Positions 23,201 through 34,276 of a stretch of DNA of 64,000 nucleotides are shown here, one piece after another. Source of the DNA: an uncultured Alphaproteobacteria bacterium (GTDB lineage: Bacteria; Pseudomonadota; Alphaproteobacteria; Acetobacterales; Acetobacteraceae); the NCBI GenBank assembly GCA_963759425.1, contig CAVWZM010000036.1:2060-66059 (forward strand). Direction: 5' to 3'. Both the position numbers and the translations under genes were made by a program. The notes below the pieces were generated by a model that made no database searches, was not told the DNA's origin, and saw only the letters and a list, made by a program, of their open reading frames with translations. Each line of letters begins with the position of its first letter. Position 1 is the first letter of the stretch.

Positions 23201-23315
23201 GTATTACTGGGCGGCGTTCGCATTGATCGGCGACGGCAGCGCCAGCTATGGTGGCGAGAGGCATGTTGCATCCGCGTCGCCTCGCCCAGTGTCATCACCG
23301 GACTTGGTCCGGTGA
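20202..23315 (+). CDS. Lipoprotein with TPR-like helical region and C-terminal CHAT (caspase-like) protease domain
   Basis: Lipobox LAG-C; TPR-like ALVLQQKALGRDNPDT; CHAT motifs LVVAPFGPL, ILHFTAHA, ILSACNS, LARAFFYAGARAMLVTHW, HPYYWAAF. Confidence 0.92.
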   Translation: MDRLTGALPILCALVVGMLAGCAKPPAGAYVSAPGAASSGEAVSLGQNASGEACSQLQGSAPGLVNIYCGDWKQPAARVRAGGPGSPGALSGIATSGDWRSGLDLRYACAGPTPTSILGNEPAVLLHCTRRVGGWRQIALVADVGGQIWLADGILPALPVMERSIGLLSGRVKPDAATLPRSAADTLMANELAAHAFSAGDVGQYEQAMALGARANLAENFAAAEVAYRAALVLQQKALGRDNPDTVNALMHLALQASNQGHFATADILFRQAGTLAPRANDRAASARLLHYRALDAANRGHDDAALALLAQAEQAYEALLPPDILISGQPGARLASTAGGGFPDRRLMVDPGLQSAMMGVIEVRRYRAIVLRSEGLTAESEASIASARALAQANGMVMPLVSARLSRTSGTTAVAAGDLTGGDADLTHSETNFGEVLPHTRPLAQTALLRAGDAVRQGKTRSALALCETGTTLLRDLPAGSDPALLSPCLSAYAAEAKRHPGEGQSLFAKMFETAELMQDSVTSRQITEAAARLAAASRDPKVSEAIRRRQDATENLAELYRARDALSQPPPPGSPAVGVTERNPAALDKLIAAAQTDLADADAALQEAAPNYGQLVQEVVPAAAVLAALAPGEAFLSVTLSDDGAWVFLLRNGTITASAIDTDVKRMAALVQRVRASVQPGAAGVPAFDTEAAQAIYRTILEPVSAPLAGTTSLVVAPFGPLLSMPFGLLLTGPADPTHLSDAPWLIRRMTVAHVPAATNFVSLRRTAGNSRASNPWFGFGGFKPVTLAQAEQTFPPSACGDSARLFAGLPRLPYADRELEAARQILGAPRSDTMLGPAFTAPNVLRARLKDYRILHFTAHALLPTDLRCQSEPAIVTSDPAGARDAAGALLTASAVVGLDLDANAIILSACNSGGPNERTAGDSLSGLARAFFYAGARAMLVTHWSISDESSAYLVVDTLRRYAEGKSGGLALALAGTQRNILDEAGKSLPAKLAHPYYWAAFALIGDGSASYGGERHVASASPRPVSSPDLVR

Positions 23316-23375
23316 CCTACGACTTTGCTTATGAGCGGGGCCGGCTACTTAACGCGTCGCGTTCGGCGTCCATCG

Positions 23376-24009
23376 CTACGCGCCGAGATTGATCACCTGC
23401 ACACGGCGATTGCGTGCTTCCGGCGTGTTCGGCGGGGTTCGCACGAGCAGTCCGGTTTCGCCCATGCCGATCGCCTCCAACCGGGACGGGTCGAGCTTGA
23501 ACGTCGCTGTCAGAAATGCGACCACAGCCTGCGCGCGGCGCTCCGACAATGCCTGGTTCAGGCCAGCGGGACCGACCGTGTCGGTGTGGCCTTCGATCCG
23601 AAACCGGTACGACATCAGTTCGTTGCTTGTCAGCGCCTGACCTAGTTCCGTGAGCGTTTTGATCGCGGCGGGCGTCAGCTCAGCGGAATTGGTAGGCGAA
23701 CTGCACCGAGAGGTTCACCGACGGCGCCGCCGCCGTCTCCTGGCCGGCCGTTGCCCGATTGTGCGGCAGAGATCGGGCGGGGAGAGCCGTCGAAGACGAG
23801 CCAGCCGCACTGTTGGCGGCGTTGGCCGGGGTCTCGGTGGCGGGTCCGATCGGACGGATGCCGCGCGTGGCGCCCGACATTCCGGCGCCGGGCTTCAGCG
23901 AATTGATGATCTGGTCCGCGGACGGGTTGTTCTGGGCGTATGCCACCCCGAGGTGGGCCGAGGCGATGACCGTCAGGCACCCATATAAAAAGCGGCGATG
24001 ATTGTTCAT
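23376..24009 (-). CDS. Secreted OmpA-family peptidoglycan-binding protein (frameshift near 23690)
   Basis: Signal peptide ending AYA-Q; SADQIINSL...TRGI; FRIEGHTDTVG, NQALSERRA, NRRVQVINLG. Confidence 0.88.
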
Positions 24010-24393
24010 GGCGTCCGTTTTCGTCCCTGTCGTTTGCAGTATAAATCCTCGGGGCTCAAATGTCTTCCGGTTTCGCTTCTCTTTCCGCCGCCTCACCCGT
24101 CTGCCGTGCGCGGCTCGGCCGAACATAGTCCCATCGCCGACTGGCGAGGGCGTCACCAGGGGTCGCCCGCCCTTTCGCGCAAGCATCGCCGGGTGTCACG
24201 CGCGGCGCTCGCAAGGTGCTCCAGGTCCCGGAACTCGGACAATCTAAATAAGGGGTTACTGGTTTCTGTCCTAACGGGCTAGATTGGTGGGGTTCTCGTC
24301 ACCAGACCGAGAGTTCGAAACTATGGGGACTTCGCCGTGCTTCGCCCGCGCGTGGCCTGACCCTCAAGCTTCAGTCGCGAGGTTCTGATCGGC

Positions 24394-26382
24394 ATGGATC
24401 GGCTGGGCAAATACGAGATCCGCGGCGAGATCGGCAGCGGCACGACGGGCAAGGTCTATGAAGGCTGGGACCCGCAGATCCGGCGCCGTGTCGCGATCAA
24501 GGCGATACGCCTTCTCGACGCCGCCGACAGCGAAGCGCGCGAGCAACTTGACCGCTTCAAGCAGGAGGCGCGGTCAGCCGGGCGGTTGCAGCATCCGAAC
24601 ATTGTCGGCGCGTTCGACTACGCGGAAACCCCGGAACTGGCCTACATCGTGATGGAGTTCGTCGACGGCCGCACGTTGAAGTCGATCCTGGAGGATGGCC
24701 CGCGTCCGGACGTGGCGGAAGTGGTGCGCCTGATGGACGGTCTGCTGAGCGGTCTCGACTACAGCCACCGCAACCAGGTCATCCACCGTGACATCAAGCC
24801 CGCGAACGTCATGGTCACCGCGGCAGGCGTGGTGAAGATCGCCGATTTCGGGATCGCTCGGATCGGCGGCGGTACGATGACCCGTGTTGGGACCATCATG
24901 GGGACGCCGGCCTACATGTCCCCCGAGCAAATCCAGGGGATGGAGACCGACGCGCGCACCGACGTCTATTCCGCCGGCGTCGTGCTGTTCCAGTTACTGT
25001 CCGGCAAGCGGCCATTCGATGGCACCATGGCGACGATCATGAACGCGGTGGTGAACGGTCCGACGCCGAGGGCCTCGGCGAAGTGTGCCAGGGTGACACC
25101 GGCGCTGGATGCGGTCGTTGCGCGCGCCATGGCCCGCTCGCCCGATGACCGTTACGCCACCGCCGCCGCCTTCAATCAGGCGCTGCGGGCCGCCGTCGGG
25201 GCCAAGAATCAGCCTGGCCCGATGATGCCACGAACGATGACGCAACGATCGTTGGACAGGCGAGCGTGGTGGGCGGTCCGGCGCGGCCTCCATCGTCGGG
25301 TCAGACCCGGCGCCGGGACGAGTTGGAACCTGTCGCCGCGCCGACGTCGGGTCGCGGTGCCGCCACGCCATCTCTTGCTCCAAAGCTACTGATCGGCGCA
25401 GCGGTTTTGCTCGTGGTCGCCGGCGGCGTGTTGTGGGCGGTGACCGGACGGGCGCCGGAGCCGCGGCCTGATACCCTCGCCACGGGCGTGCCTGCCCAGT
25501 CACCGTCCGCGCCGCTTCCGCCGGCTCCCGAACCCCGGTCACCACCGGGTTTGGCTAGCGGACAACCCGCGACCGAACTGCCGTCAGCCTCGCTGCTGCC
25601 GCCGATGACCACGCCAACCTCTCCCGGCCTGCCCGATGAGCCCGAGGGGCCGCGGTCCGAAACTCAGGTCGCGGCGGTCAAGCCAGCCACCACGGTGCCA
25701 CCCAATTCAGTTCGCCGAGCGATCGCCTCGGTGGTGAGTGCGGCGGGTTGCAGCGTGGTGACCGGCGACGACCAGCCGGAGGCCACGCCGGTCCTTCGCG
25801 GTGTTGTTGGGCGTGGCCAGAGCGAGACGGCTTTGCGTGCCGCTGTGAGGGATGCCGCGCCGGAACTGGCACCCGATTGGCAAGTCGCCATTGCTGACGG
25901 TCCCTACTGCGCCGTGCTCGACACCGTGCGCCCTTACGCTCGGCCGTTCGGCGGCGGGCCTGGTCTGGGCGTTACCTTGGCCGGACGCCGCACCAGCCTG
26001 GTGGCGGACGAGCTGATCATGCCGCGGGTCACCATGCCCGATTTCGCCGGCTCGTTGCAGTTGGACTACGTCGCGAGCGACGGCAGCGTCGTGCACCTGC
26101 ATGAGGCGCTGAACGGCGTTCCCTATGCCGCCCTGTCCACCTCCGAGTTCGGCAAACCCAGGCCTCCGGGGTTCGGTGGGTGGGCGGTCGACAGACCATT
26201 CGGCACCGATCTGATTGTCGGGATTGCCAGTTCCAGGCCGCTGTTTCGTTCACCACGACCAGCGAGCGAAAATCTCGAGAACTACCTGCGTGACCTGCGG
26301 GTCGCGCTCGACCAGGCGGACCGTGAGGGCGCACGGATCGCCGCCGGCGGTATTGCTGGTGACCACCAGCGCCAAGCCGTAA
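24394..26382 (+). CDS. Membrane Ser/Thr kinase (PpkA-like) with periplasmic DUF4384-like domain (frameshifts near 25250 and 26345)
   Basis: GSGTTGKVY, VAIK, HRDIKPAN, DFG, YMSPEQ; TM LLIGAAVLLVVAGGVLW; LDYVASDGSVVHL...PFGTDLIVGIASSRPLF. Confidence 0.85.
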
Positions 26383-26772
26383 TGCCGCCATACGGTTTTG
26401 CGCCGGGCTGCCGAAGCGCGCGGCTGCCCGCCCCCGGCCTGGCGTTGACCCGGCGTGCGACCAGGTTGTCCGACGATATCGGACCGATTGACGGAACAGT
26501 TGGAATGAGCGACGGAGTGACGTTTGTAATGCTGCCTGTAGTTCGATCGTCACCAGGAGCCGGCATAGCATGACGGTCGGCGCGACGGCCTGAGCGGAAC
26601 GGCCTGAGCGGATACTGGGCAGGTCCTGCAACCAAGGTGGCCAAGGTGATCGTGATCTGCCCAGGGTCTCGCCACTGTCACGCCGCTATCGTCGATCGCG
26701 GCCGGACGCGCCTGACATGGACATCCCGGCGGCGGACCACCCACCGCCAGGCGGACGGGCGGGCGCGGCCTC

Positions 26773-26788
26773 TGGCACAGGACTTGCT
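26773..26788 (+). promoter_or_regulatory. Sigma-54 (-24/-12) promoter of the ABC transporter operon
   Basis: TGGCACAGGACTTGCT matches TGGCAC-N5-TTGCW exactly, about 90 bp upstream of the start codon. Confidence 0.75.
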
Positions 26789-26878
26789 CCATTTGGAACG
26801 AAGCCAGTAATCCCGGCACCGCGATAATCCGGTGCCGGTGTCGAGACACGCGCCGGTGCAACCGACGGGGGAACGAAA

Positions 26879-28541
26879 ATGCCGAAGGATTGGATCGTCG
26901 GGCCGGACGTCAATCGTCGCGACGTGCTGAAAACAGGGGCCGTCGCGGCGGCGGGCGCCATGGTGCCGACAGCCTTGCGCTGGCATGAGGCGAACGCCGC
27001 GCCCAGCAACACCCTGGTGATAGCAGCACCGGCCACGCCGCAAAGTCTGGACAGCAACTTCGACGTCAGCCTCGGCACGTTCGAAGCGGTGGCGGCGTTG
27101 TACGACAACCTGCTGGAGTTCGCGAAGATCCCCGACCCGAAGGTGCCAGGGTGCGTTTCGTGAGGACATCGCCGACCATCCCGACAAACCCGCCGGCCTA
27201 GCGGTTCAGGGCAAGCTCGCGGAATCGTTCGAGCTCGATCCCAACGGCAAATTCATCCGCTTCCAGCTTCGCCAGGGGGTGAAGAGCAACTGGGGCAACG
27301 AACTGACCGCTGACGATGTGAAATGGACCTGGGACCGCAAGTTCGGATTGCAGGCGATCGGTGCATTCTATCTGTCCACGCTCGGACTGGAAAAACCCGA
27401 CGGCGTGAAGGTCGAGGGCAAATACACCGTGTCCATCAACCTGGACAATCCGAATCCGCTGTTGGCCAAGCTGCAGCCAAACCTCTATGCGCCGATCTAC
27501 GACAGCAAGAAATGCGCCGAGGTGGCGACCGGCGACGACAAGTGGGCGCGCAAATTCATCGACAACAACTCTGCCGGCTTTGGTCCTTACCGGCTGGATC
27601 AACTGCAGCGGGGCCAGCAAGCGGTATTCAAGGCGCGGCCTGACTACTATCTGGGCAAGCCGGCAATCGACACCGTCATCTTTCGCGAGGTGCCGACCTC
27701 CGCCACCCGAGCGTCGCTGTTGCAGGGCGGCGCTGTCGATATCGCGCAGTATCTGCAGCCGCTGGAGATCATCAAACTGCGGGGCCAGTCGGGCGTGACG
27801 GTCGACAGTGTCGCGGCGTCGTTCATGATCTGGCTGGAACTCAACGCCAAAATTCCGCCGTTCGACAACGTCAAGGTGCGTCAGGCGATGAACTTCGCCT
27901 TTCCGCAGGAGCAGGTGCTGAAAACCGTGTTTCAAGGCCTTGGCGAGCCGTTGACTGGCTGCATGCCCAACATCTATGCGGGCTTCACCGACAAATTCTG
28001 GAAATACAAATACGATCCGGAGATGGCCAAGGCGCTGCTGAAAGAGGCCGGCATGGGGTCCGGCTTCAAGACGAGCCTCGCCTATAACGCCGGCGATCCG
28101 GTGCAGGAGCCGATCGCGATTCTGTACCAGACCGCATTGCGCGACATTGGTGTCGAGCTCGAATTGAGAAAGGTACCGGCGGCAACGTTTTACAATGCAG
28201 TGTCCGAGCGCAAGCAGCCGATGATATTCTATGTGGACAGCCCATGGTGCCCGGATGTCGGCTACTCCATGACGCTGTACTTCAACTCCGCATCATTCGT
28301 GAATTACTCCAACTACAAGAACGAAGAGGTCGACAAGCTGCTGAAAGACGCCGCCCGCACCAACGACCAGGCGGCGCGCCTGGAGATGATGACCAAGGCG
28401 CAGGAGATCGTGATGTCCGAGGCGCCGTGGGTGTTCATCGGCTTTCCCGGTTACCACTTCGCTCACCGGTCCAACCTGAATGGATTCACCTATTACACTT
28501 CGAACAATATCCGCTTCCAGGACTTCTCACGCAGCGCGTGA
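26879..28541 (+). CDS. ABC transporter substrate-binding protein, family 5 (Dpp/Opp-like), Tat signal (frameshift near 27155)
   Basis: NRRDVLK Tat motif; LRQGVK..GNELTADDVKWT; GFGPY; PFDNVKVRQAMNFA. Confidence 0.9.
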
Positions 28542-28620
28542 TTGGAGTGGTAGTGCCGAGCGGTCTGTTTGACGTCGTCGGTCATTCCGGCTGCGCCGCC
28601 AATCTGAGGACGGTTTAGCC

Positions 28621-29595
28621 GTGGCCACAGCCAGCAGCGATACCGGGACCCGCCATCGCACCGGCCGGCCGGCGGCGAGGTAGTCTGCGATTTTTCTTTG
28701 CGGTGCTGCGCGCCCGCCCGCTTTTTGCCCTCGGCTATGCGATCGTAGCGTTGGTCGTGGTCACCGGCGCGCTTGCACCATTCATCGCGCCGTATGGCCC
28801 GATGGTGGCCGACCCGAACGTCTACTTGCTGCCCCCCGGAGCGGGCCATCCGTTCGGCACTGACGGCACCGGCATGGATATATTCAGCCGAGTGATCTTC
28901 GCACCGCGTATCGATCTGACCATCGCCGTGCTCGGCACCCTGCTGTCGGCCTTGGTCGGCACCGCCATCGGTGCCTTGGCGGGATACTACGAGGGCCAGC
29001 GAACCTGGCGCACCGCCCTGAGCACATTCGTCATGCGCGCGGCGGACGTGCTGCAGGCCTTTCCGGTTTTCGTCTTCGCCATCGCGCTGGTCGCGGTTTT
29101 CGGCCAGAGCGTCCGCAGCATCGTGCTGGCAATCGCTTTCGTGAACGCACCGATCTATCTGCGGCTGATGCGCGGGCAGGTGCTGTCCATCCGCCGGTTC
29201 GCTATGTCGAGGCGGCTTATATCGCCGGGGCGTCGGACCTCGGAATCTTGGCCCGGCACGTGATCCCCAACGCAATCGCGCCGGTGCTGGCACAGTTGTC
29301 GGTCAACGTCGGCTGGTCGGTGCTGCTGACAGCCGGCCTGAGTTTCGTGGGTGCCGGCGTGGTGGCGCCGACGCCGGAATGGGGCAGCATGATTGCGATG
29401 GGTTTTCAGAATGTCGTGACCGGCCAGTGGTGGCCATCGGTTTTTCCCGGCATCGCGCTCGGCATCACGGTATTCGGCTTCGCCCTGGTGGGCGCTAGTG
29501 TCGAGGTGCTGGCGGACCCGGCACGGCGCCGCGTGCTGTCCGGCACGCTGGAGCAAAATCAGTCTGGCTCCACTCCCAAAGCGATCTCGGGCTGA
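28621..29595 (+). CDS. ABC permease, DppC-like (frameshifts)
   Basis: HPFGTDGTGMDIFSRV; RHVIPN; PTPEWGSMI. Confidence 0.88.
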
Positions 29596-29664
29596 TGAAG
29601 TTTCACTGTGAAACCAAGCGAGACAGTTTCCGCTGCCCGTGTAAACGGTCGGGGCTGACCCGGC

Positions 29665-30675
29665 ATGGCGCTTCTGCGTTACATCGGCCGTCGCTTTCTG
29701 TTCGTCATCCCGCAACTGCTCGGCATCATCCTGGTCAGCTTCTTTCTGGTGAAACTGATCCCCGGCGACCCGGCGGTGATGATGCTGGGCCCCACCGCCT
29801 CACAGCAAAGCCTTGACGATCTGCGCGAGAAGATGGGCTTCACGAAGCCGTTGCTGTCGCAGTTGTGGCACTATCTGCACGACGTGGTGCGCGGCGATCT
29901 TGGCACATCGTGGCAGACCACGCAGCCGGTGACCCAGGATCTGTTTCAGCGGTTTCCGGCGACACTGGAACTGGTCAGCTTCGGCTTGCTGCTGGCGATC
30001 GCCATCGGCTTTCCTCTGGGCGTTGCCGCGGCGCGGCTGAGGCAGGGACCGGTTCGCAGGTTCGCCGACTACTACGGACTGCTCGCCGGCGCGATGCCCG
30101 ATTTCTGGCTGGCGCTGGTGCTGATCTTCATATTCTACACCAAGCTCAACTGGAGCCCGCCGCCGCTCGGCCGGATCGACATGGCCGTGCTGCCGCCGCC
30201 GGTGTTCACGGGCAGTATGGTGGTCGACAGCCTGCTCGCGCGTGACTGGGACGCGCTGGCCTCGTCTTTCGGCCATCTGGTGCTGCCGGTTCTGACCCTC
30301 GGGCTGATCAACGCCGGACCGATCCTCAAGATGACACAGTCCACCATGGAGCGCACGCTGGCGTCCGACTTCGTGCGCTATGCCGACATGTGCGGACTGC
30401 CGCGCCGGGTCGTGCTGCGTCAGGCGATCCGTGCCGCGCTGCCATCGGTCGTGACCATCGTGAGCGTGCTCTATGGTTTCCTGATCGGCGGCGCGGTGCT
30501 GGTGGAAATCGTGTTCTCGTGGGGCGGTGCGGGCCAATATGCCGTCCAGGGCGTGCTGAACGCCGACATCAACCCGGTGCTTGGCTTCGTGGTGTTCTCG
30601 GCGGTCGTTTCACTCGTTATCTATTTGTTGGTCGACCTGCTTTATTTCGCTCTCGATCCGCGGACGCGCGCATGA
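29665..30675 (+). CDS. ABC permease, DppB-like
   Basis: LIPGDPA, GDLGTS, RFPATLEL, VEIVFSWGG, LDPR. Confidence 0.92.
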   Translation: MALLRYIGRRFLFVIPQLLGIILVSFFLVKLIPGDPAVMMLGPTASQQSLDDLREKMGFTKPLLSQLWHYLHDVVRGDLGTSWQTTQPVTQDLFQRFPATLELVSFGLLLAIAIGFPLGVAAARLRQGPVRRFADYYGLLAGAMPDFWLALVLIFIFYTKLNWSPPPLGRIDMAVLPPPVFTGSMVVDSLLARDWDALASSFGHLVLPVLTLGLINAGPILKMTQSTMERTLASDFVRYADMCGLPRRVVLRQAIRAALPSVVTIVSVLYGFLIGGAVLVEIVFSWGGAGQYAVQGVLNADINPVLGFVVFSAVVSLVIYLLVDLLYFALDPRTRA

Positions 30676-31654
30676 GCGGCACAACGCCGATCCTGGATAT
30701 CGCCGATCTGTGGGTGGGCTTTCCCAGCTACGGGTCGGCCACGGTGCACGCGTTGCGCGGCATCAACCTGCGGGTTGCCCCCGGCGAAATCCTGGGGCTT
30801 GTCGGCGAGTTCGGGGTCGGGAAAGACCACGCTGGCACGCGCCGTTATGGGGCTGGTGCCCGAACCAGGTGTGATCGAGCGCGGTCAAGTGCTGTTCGCT
30901 GATCGCAATCTGGCCTCGCTTGATGATACCGCCCGGCGAGCAGTGCTTGGACGCGAACTGGTGATGGTGATCCCGAATCCCCGCGCCGAACTCAACCCCG
31001 TGCTGACGGTCGGCCGCCAGATCAGCAACGTCGTGCTGTATCACCTTGGCGTCGGGCGCCGTGAGGCCGATCGTGTCGCGCTGGCCATGTTGCGGGCAGT
31101 ACGCATTCCAGATCCGGAACGGCGGTTCACCGCCTATCCGCACGAACTCTCGGGCGGGATGGCACAGCGCGTGGTAATTGCCATTGCGCTGGTCTGCTCG
31201 CCCCGGCTGGTGATTTCCGACGACGCCACCAGCGGACTTGACGTGACCGTCCAGTCGCAGGTGCTCGAGCTGTTGCAGACCATGGTGCGGGAAAAGGGCG
31301 CGGCGGCTCTTTTCATTACGCGTGATCTTGCCATTACGGCGCATTTCTGCACCCGCATCGCCATCATCTATGCCGGCGAGATCGTTGAAATAGCAACGAC
31401 GCAGGGCTTCTTCAGGCGCCCGCGGCACCCGTACAGCATCATGCTGCTCGCCGCGTTCTCGCACAATCCGGCATTGCGCGCACGCTGGACACGACCGCCG
31501 GAGTTGGAGGGCGATGCGGTAGCCACCGGGTGCAGCTTCGCCGCCCGCTGCGTGCGTCGCCAGCCCCGCTGCCTGACGGAAGCGCCATCGTTGCGCGCCG
31601 TGGCGACAGGATCATGATGTCCGCTGCCACTTTCCGGTGAGACCGGCGGCATGA
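30672..31654 (+). CDS. ABC ATPase, DppD-like (frameshifts)
   Basis: [29 protein letters not shown]. Confidence 0.88.
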
Positions 31655-32725
31655 CCGCCATGCTGGACGTGCAGGACCTGGTCAAGCGCTTCCCTCTCGC
31701 GGGTACTGGCAAAGTTGTGCAGGCGGTCAACGACGTGAGTTTCACCATCGATCGCGGTGAAACGCTCGCGCTCGTCGGGGAATCCGGTTCTGGCAAAGAC
31801 AACGGTCGGGCGCTGCATTCTTGGCCTGATCGACGCCACGAGCGGACAGGTGTGGTTCGACGGTGAGCGCATGGGGCGCGGACACAACATCCGGTCGAAG
31901 GCGTTGCGTGGGCGTATCCAGTTGGTGTTCCAGGAGCCTGCCGAATCACTCGACCCGCGCATCCGCGTGGGCGAGACGCTGGCTGAACCGCTGCGTCATC
32001 TCGGAATGGCGAGGGCCGACCGGGAGCGACGCGCCCGCGAGATCGCGGAGCATCTGGGCCTGAAGCCGCGTGTGCTGGATCAGTTCCCCGCCGAACTGAG
32101 TGCCGGTCTGCAGCAGCGGATCGGCATCGGCCGCGCGATCGTTACGCGTCCCGAGCTTGTCATCCTCGATGAGCCGACCTCGGCGCTCGATCCGACCGCA
32201 CGCGCCGAGATCGTCGATCTGCTGATACGGCTGCAGCAGGAATTCGGCACTGCCTACCTGCTGATCACGCATGATCTGAGCACCGTGCGCTATGTAAGTC
32301 ATCGTGTCGCGGTGATGTATCTTGGAACCATCGTCGAGGAAGCGCCCGCCGAGGTGCTGTTCGCCCGGCCGCTGCATCCTTATTCGCTGGGACTTTTGGC
32401 CTCGGTGTTGCTGCCCGATCCTGACCTCAGGCGCACCAACGCGATCCGGCTGGAGGGTGAGATACCGAGCCCGATCGATCTGCCGCCGGGATGCCCGCTG
32501 GCCGGCCGCTGCCCGTTCGCCGAACCAGACTGTCGGAGCGAGCAGCCGCCGCCGCTGACGGTCGCGTCGCATCACCTCGTCAGTTGCTTTCACCACGACA
32601 AGGTGGCGGCGCTCGATCATACGACTGACAATTTCGCCCGCTTCCAGGAGGAATCGACAAAACTTCTGAGTGTGGGCGCCGTGTTTGAATCAGCAGCGGA
32701 AACAGAGGAATCGCATCATGGGTAA
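31651..32725 (+). CDS. ABC ATPase, DppF-like (frameshift near 31795)
   Basis: [34 protein letters not shown]. Confidence 0.9.
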
Positions 32726-33465
32726 GCTGAGCGGCAAGGTGGCACTGGTGACCGGCGGTGCGAGCGGCATCGGTCGAGCGATCGGCGCTGGCGCTGGCGG
32801 CGGAAGGGGCGGCGATCGGGATCGTGGATCGCAACCTCGCGGGGGCCGAGGACACGGCGGCCGAAGCGCGGAGACTTGGCGTGAAGTCGGTCGCGGCAGC
32901 GGCGGATGTCGCGGACGAGGCGCAGGTGGCGGCGGCGTTCGGCGTCGTGACGGCGGCGCTTGGCGACATCGACATCCTGTTCAATAACGCCGGCATCGAT
33001 ACGACGAGCCTGCTGGTCGATATGCCAACCGAGATGTGGGACGAGATGGTCCGGGTTAATCTGCGCAGCATGTTCGTCTGTACCAAGCAGGTGTTGCCGG
33101 CGATGCAGCGCAAGAAATGGGGCCGCATCATCAACACCGCCTCGCAGCTTGGCCACAAGGGCGCCGCGACCATGGTGCACTACTGTGCCGCCAAGGCCGG
33201 CGTCATCGGCTTCACCCGCAGTCTCGCCTATGAGGTCACCTCCTATGGAATCACGGTGAATGCGATCTGCCCCGGCCCGATCAATACACCGCTGGTGGAG
33301 AGCATTCCGCAGGACTGGCGCGACGCGAAGCGGAAGGAATTGGTGATCGGCCGGTTTGGCGAGGTGGACGAGGTGGCGCCGACAGTCGTGTTTCTGGCGT
33401 CCGACGCAGGTTCGTACTATGTCGGTGCCACGATGAACATGAACGGCGGCGACTACATGATCTGA
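32718..33465 (+). CDS. Short-chain dehydrogenase/reductase (FabG-like), frameshift near 32780
   Basis: TGGASGIG, NNAG, YCAAK, VNAICPG. Confidence 0.9.
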
Positions 33466-34066
33466 ATTGGGTGCGCCGGCGGAGGAAACGTCGGCAGAGC
33501 CGCCGACGCCAACACGCGACATTTGAAACGGCTCTCGTCGTCGGATTCAAGCGATCAACCCTCGGCGCCCACCCGGCCCGCCGCAGTTCAGGCGGCATTT
33601 ACGTCAAGGCGTTTACCGCTGCCTCGATCGTCAAGCGGATCGTCCTCGCACCGGCCAGCCCCTGGTGTAATATCAACGGGCCGGAACGTTTGACCTGTCC
33701 TGCTACGGTCAGCCTCTAGGTATCGTATTGATTTCGCGCGCGGCTCCCTCACTCGCGTGGTGCCTCGCCCCGTCAACCCTGCCCATACCAGTCAGCTCCG
33801 TGGGGGCTCCATGGGCTGCTGCTATCAGTCTCGGTAAGATACTACTGACCGCGATGTCGCAGCGTTGAACCGGCTGTGTCGAGAGATGGGGCCAATCGTG
33901 CCAGCGCAGGGCGCTCGCGCGAGCAAGCGGTTGTTCATGGTATGAAACACTTCAGAGGTATCACCGGCGTTGGGGGCCATTCTCCATTGGTCAGCACCGT
34001 CGGGTTGAAAATCCCAGTGGTGACCGACAAAGCCGCCTTCCGGCCCTGGCCAACTGGAGAAGTTCC

Positions 34067-34276
34067 ATGCTCCGCCCTGCTCTTTCCGCGATTGCTCTGG
34101 CCGGAATTCTCCTGACCGCGCATCCGGTCCTCGCTGATCGTCCTCCGGCGGCACCTTCCGAGCCGGTTGGGCCCGCGGCTGCGGCCGTCACTGAGCAGCA
34201 GGTTGTTCCGCTGGCGCTGGTGCGGTCGCCGGAATCAAATGCGACGGCCGCTCCCGTTGGGCTTGGCTGGGGCTAG
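34067..34276 (+). CDS. Small secreted hypothetical protein
   Basis: GGAG ribosome-binding site; signal peptide MLRPALSAIALAGILLTAHPVLA. Confidence 0.5.
   Translation: MLRPALSAIALAGILLTAHPVLADRPPAAPSEPVGPAAAAVTEQQVVPLALVRSPESNATAAPVGLGWG

Noticed and set aside
26390-26700. Possible small minus-strand secreted protein with short direct repeats (GGCCTGAGCGGA x2)
   Set aside because: No consistent frame, start or recognisable motif.
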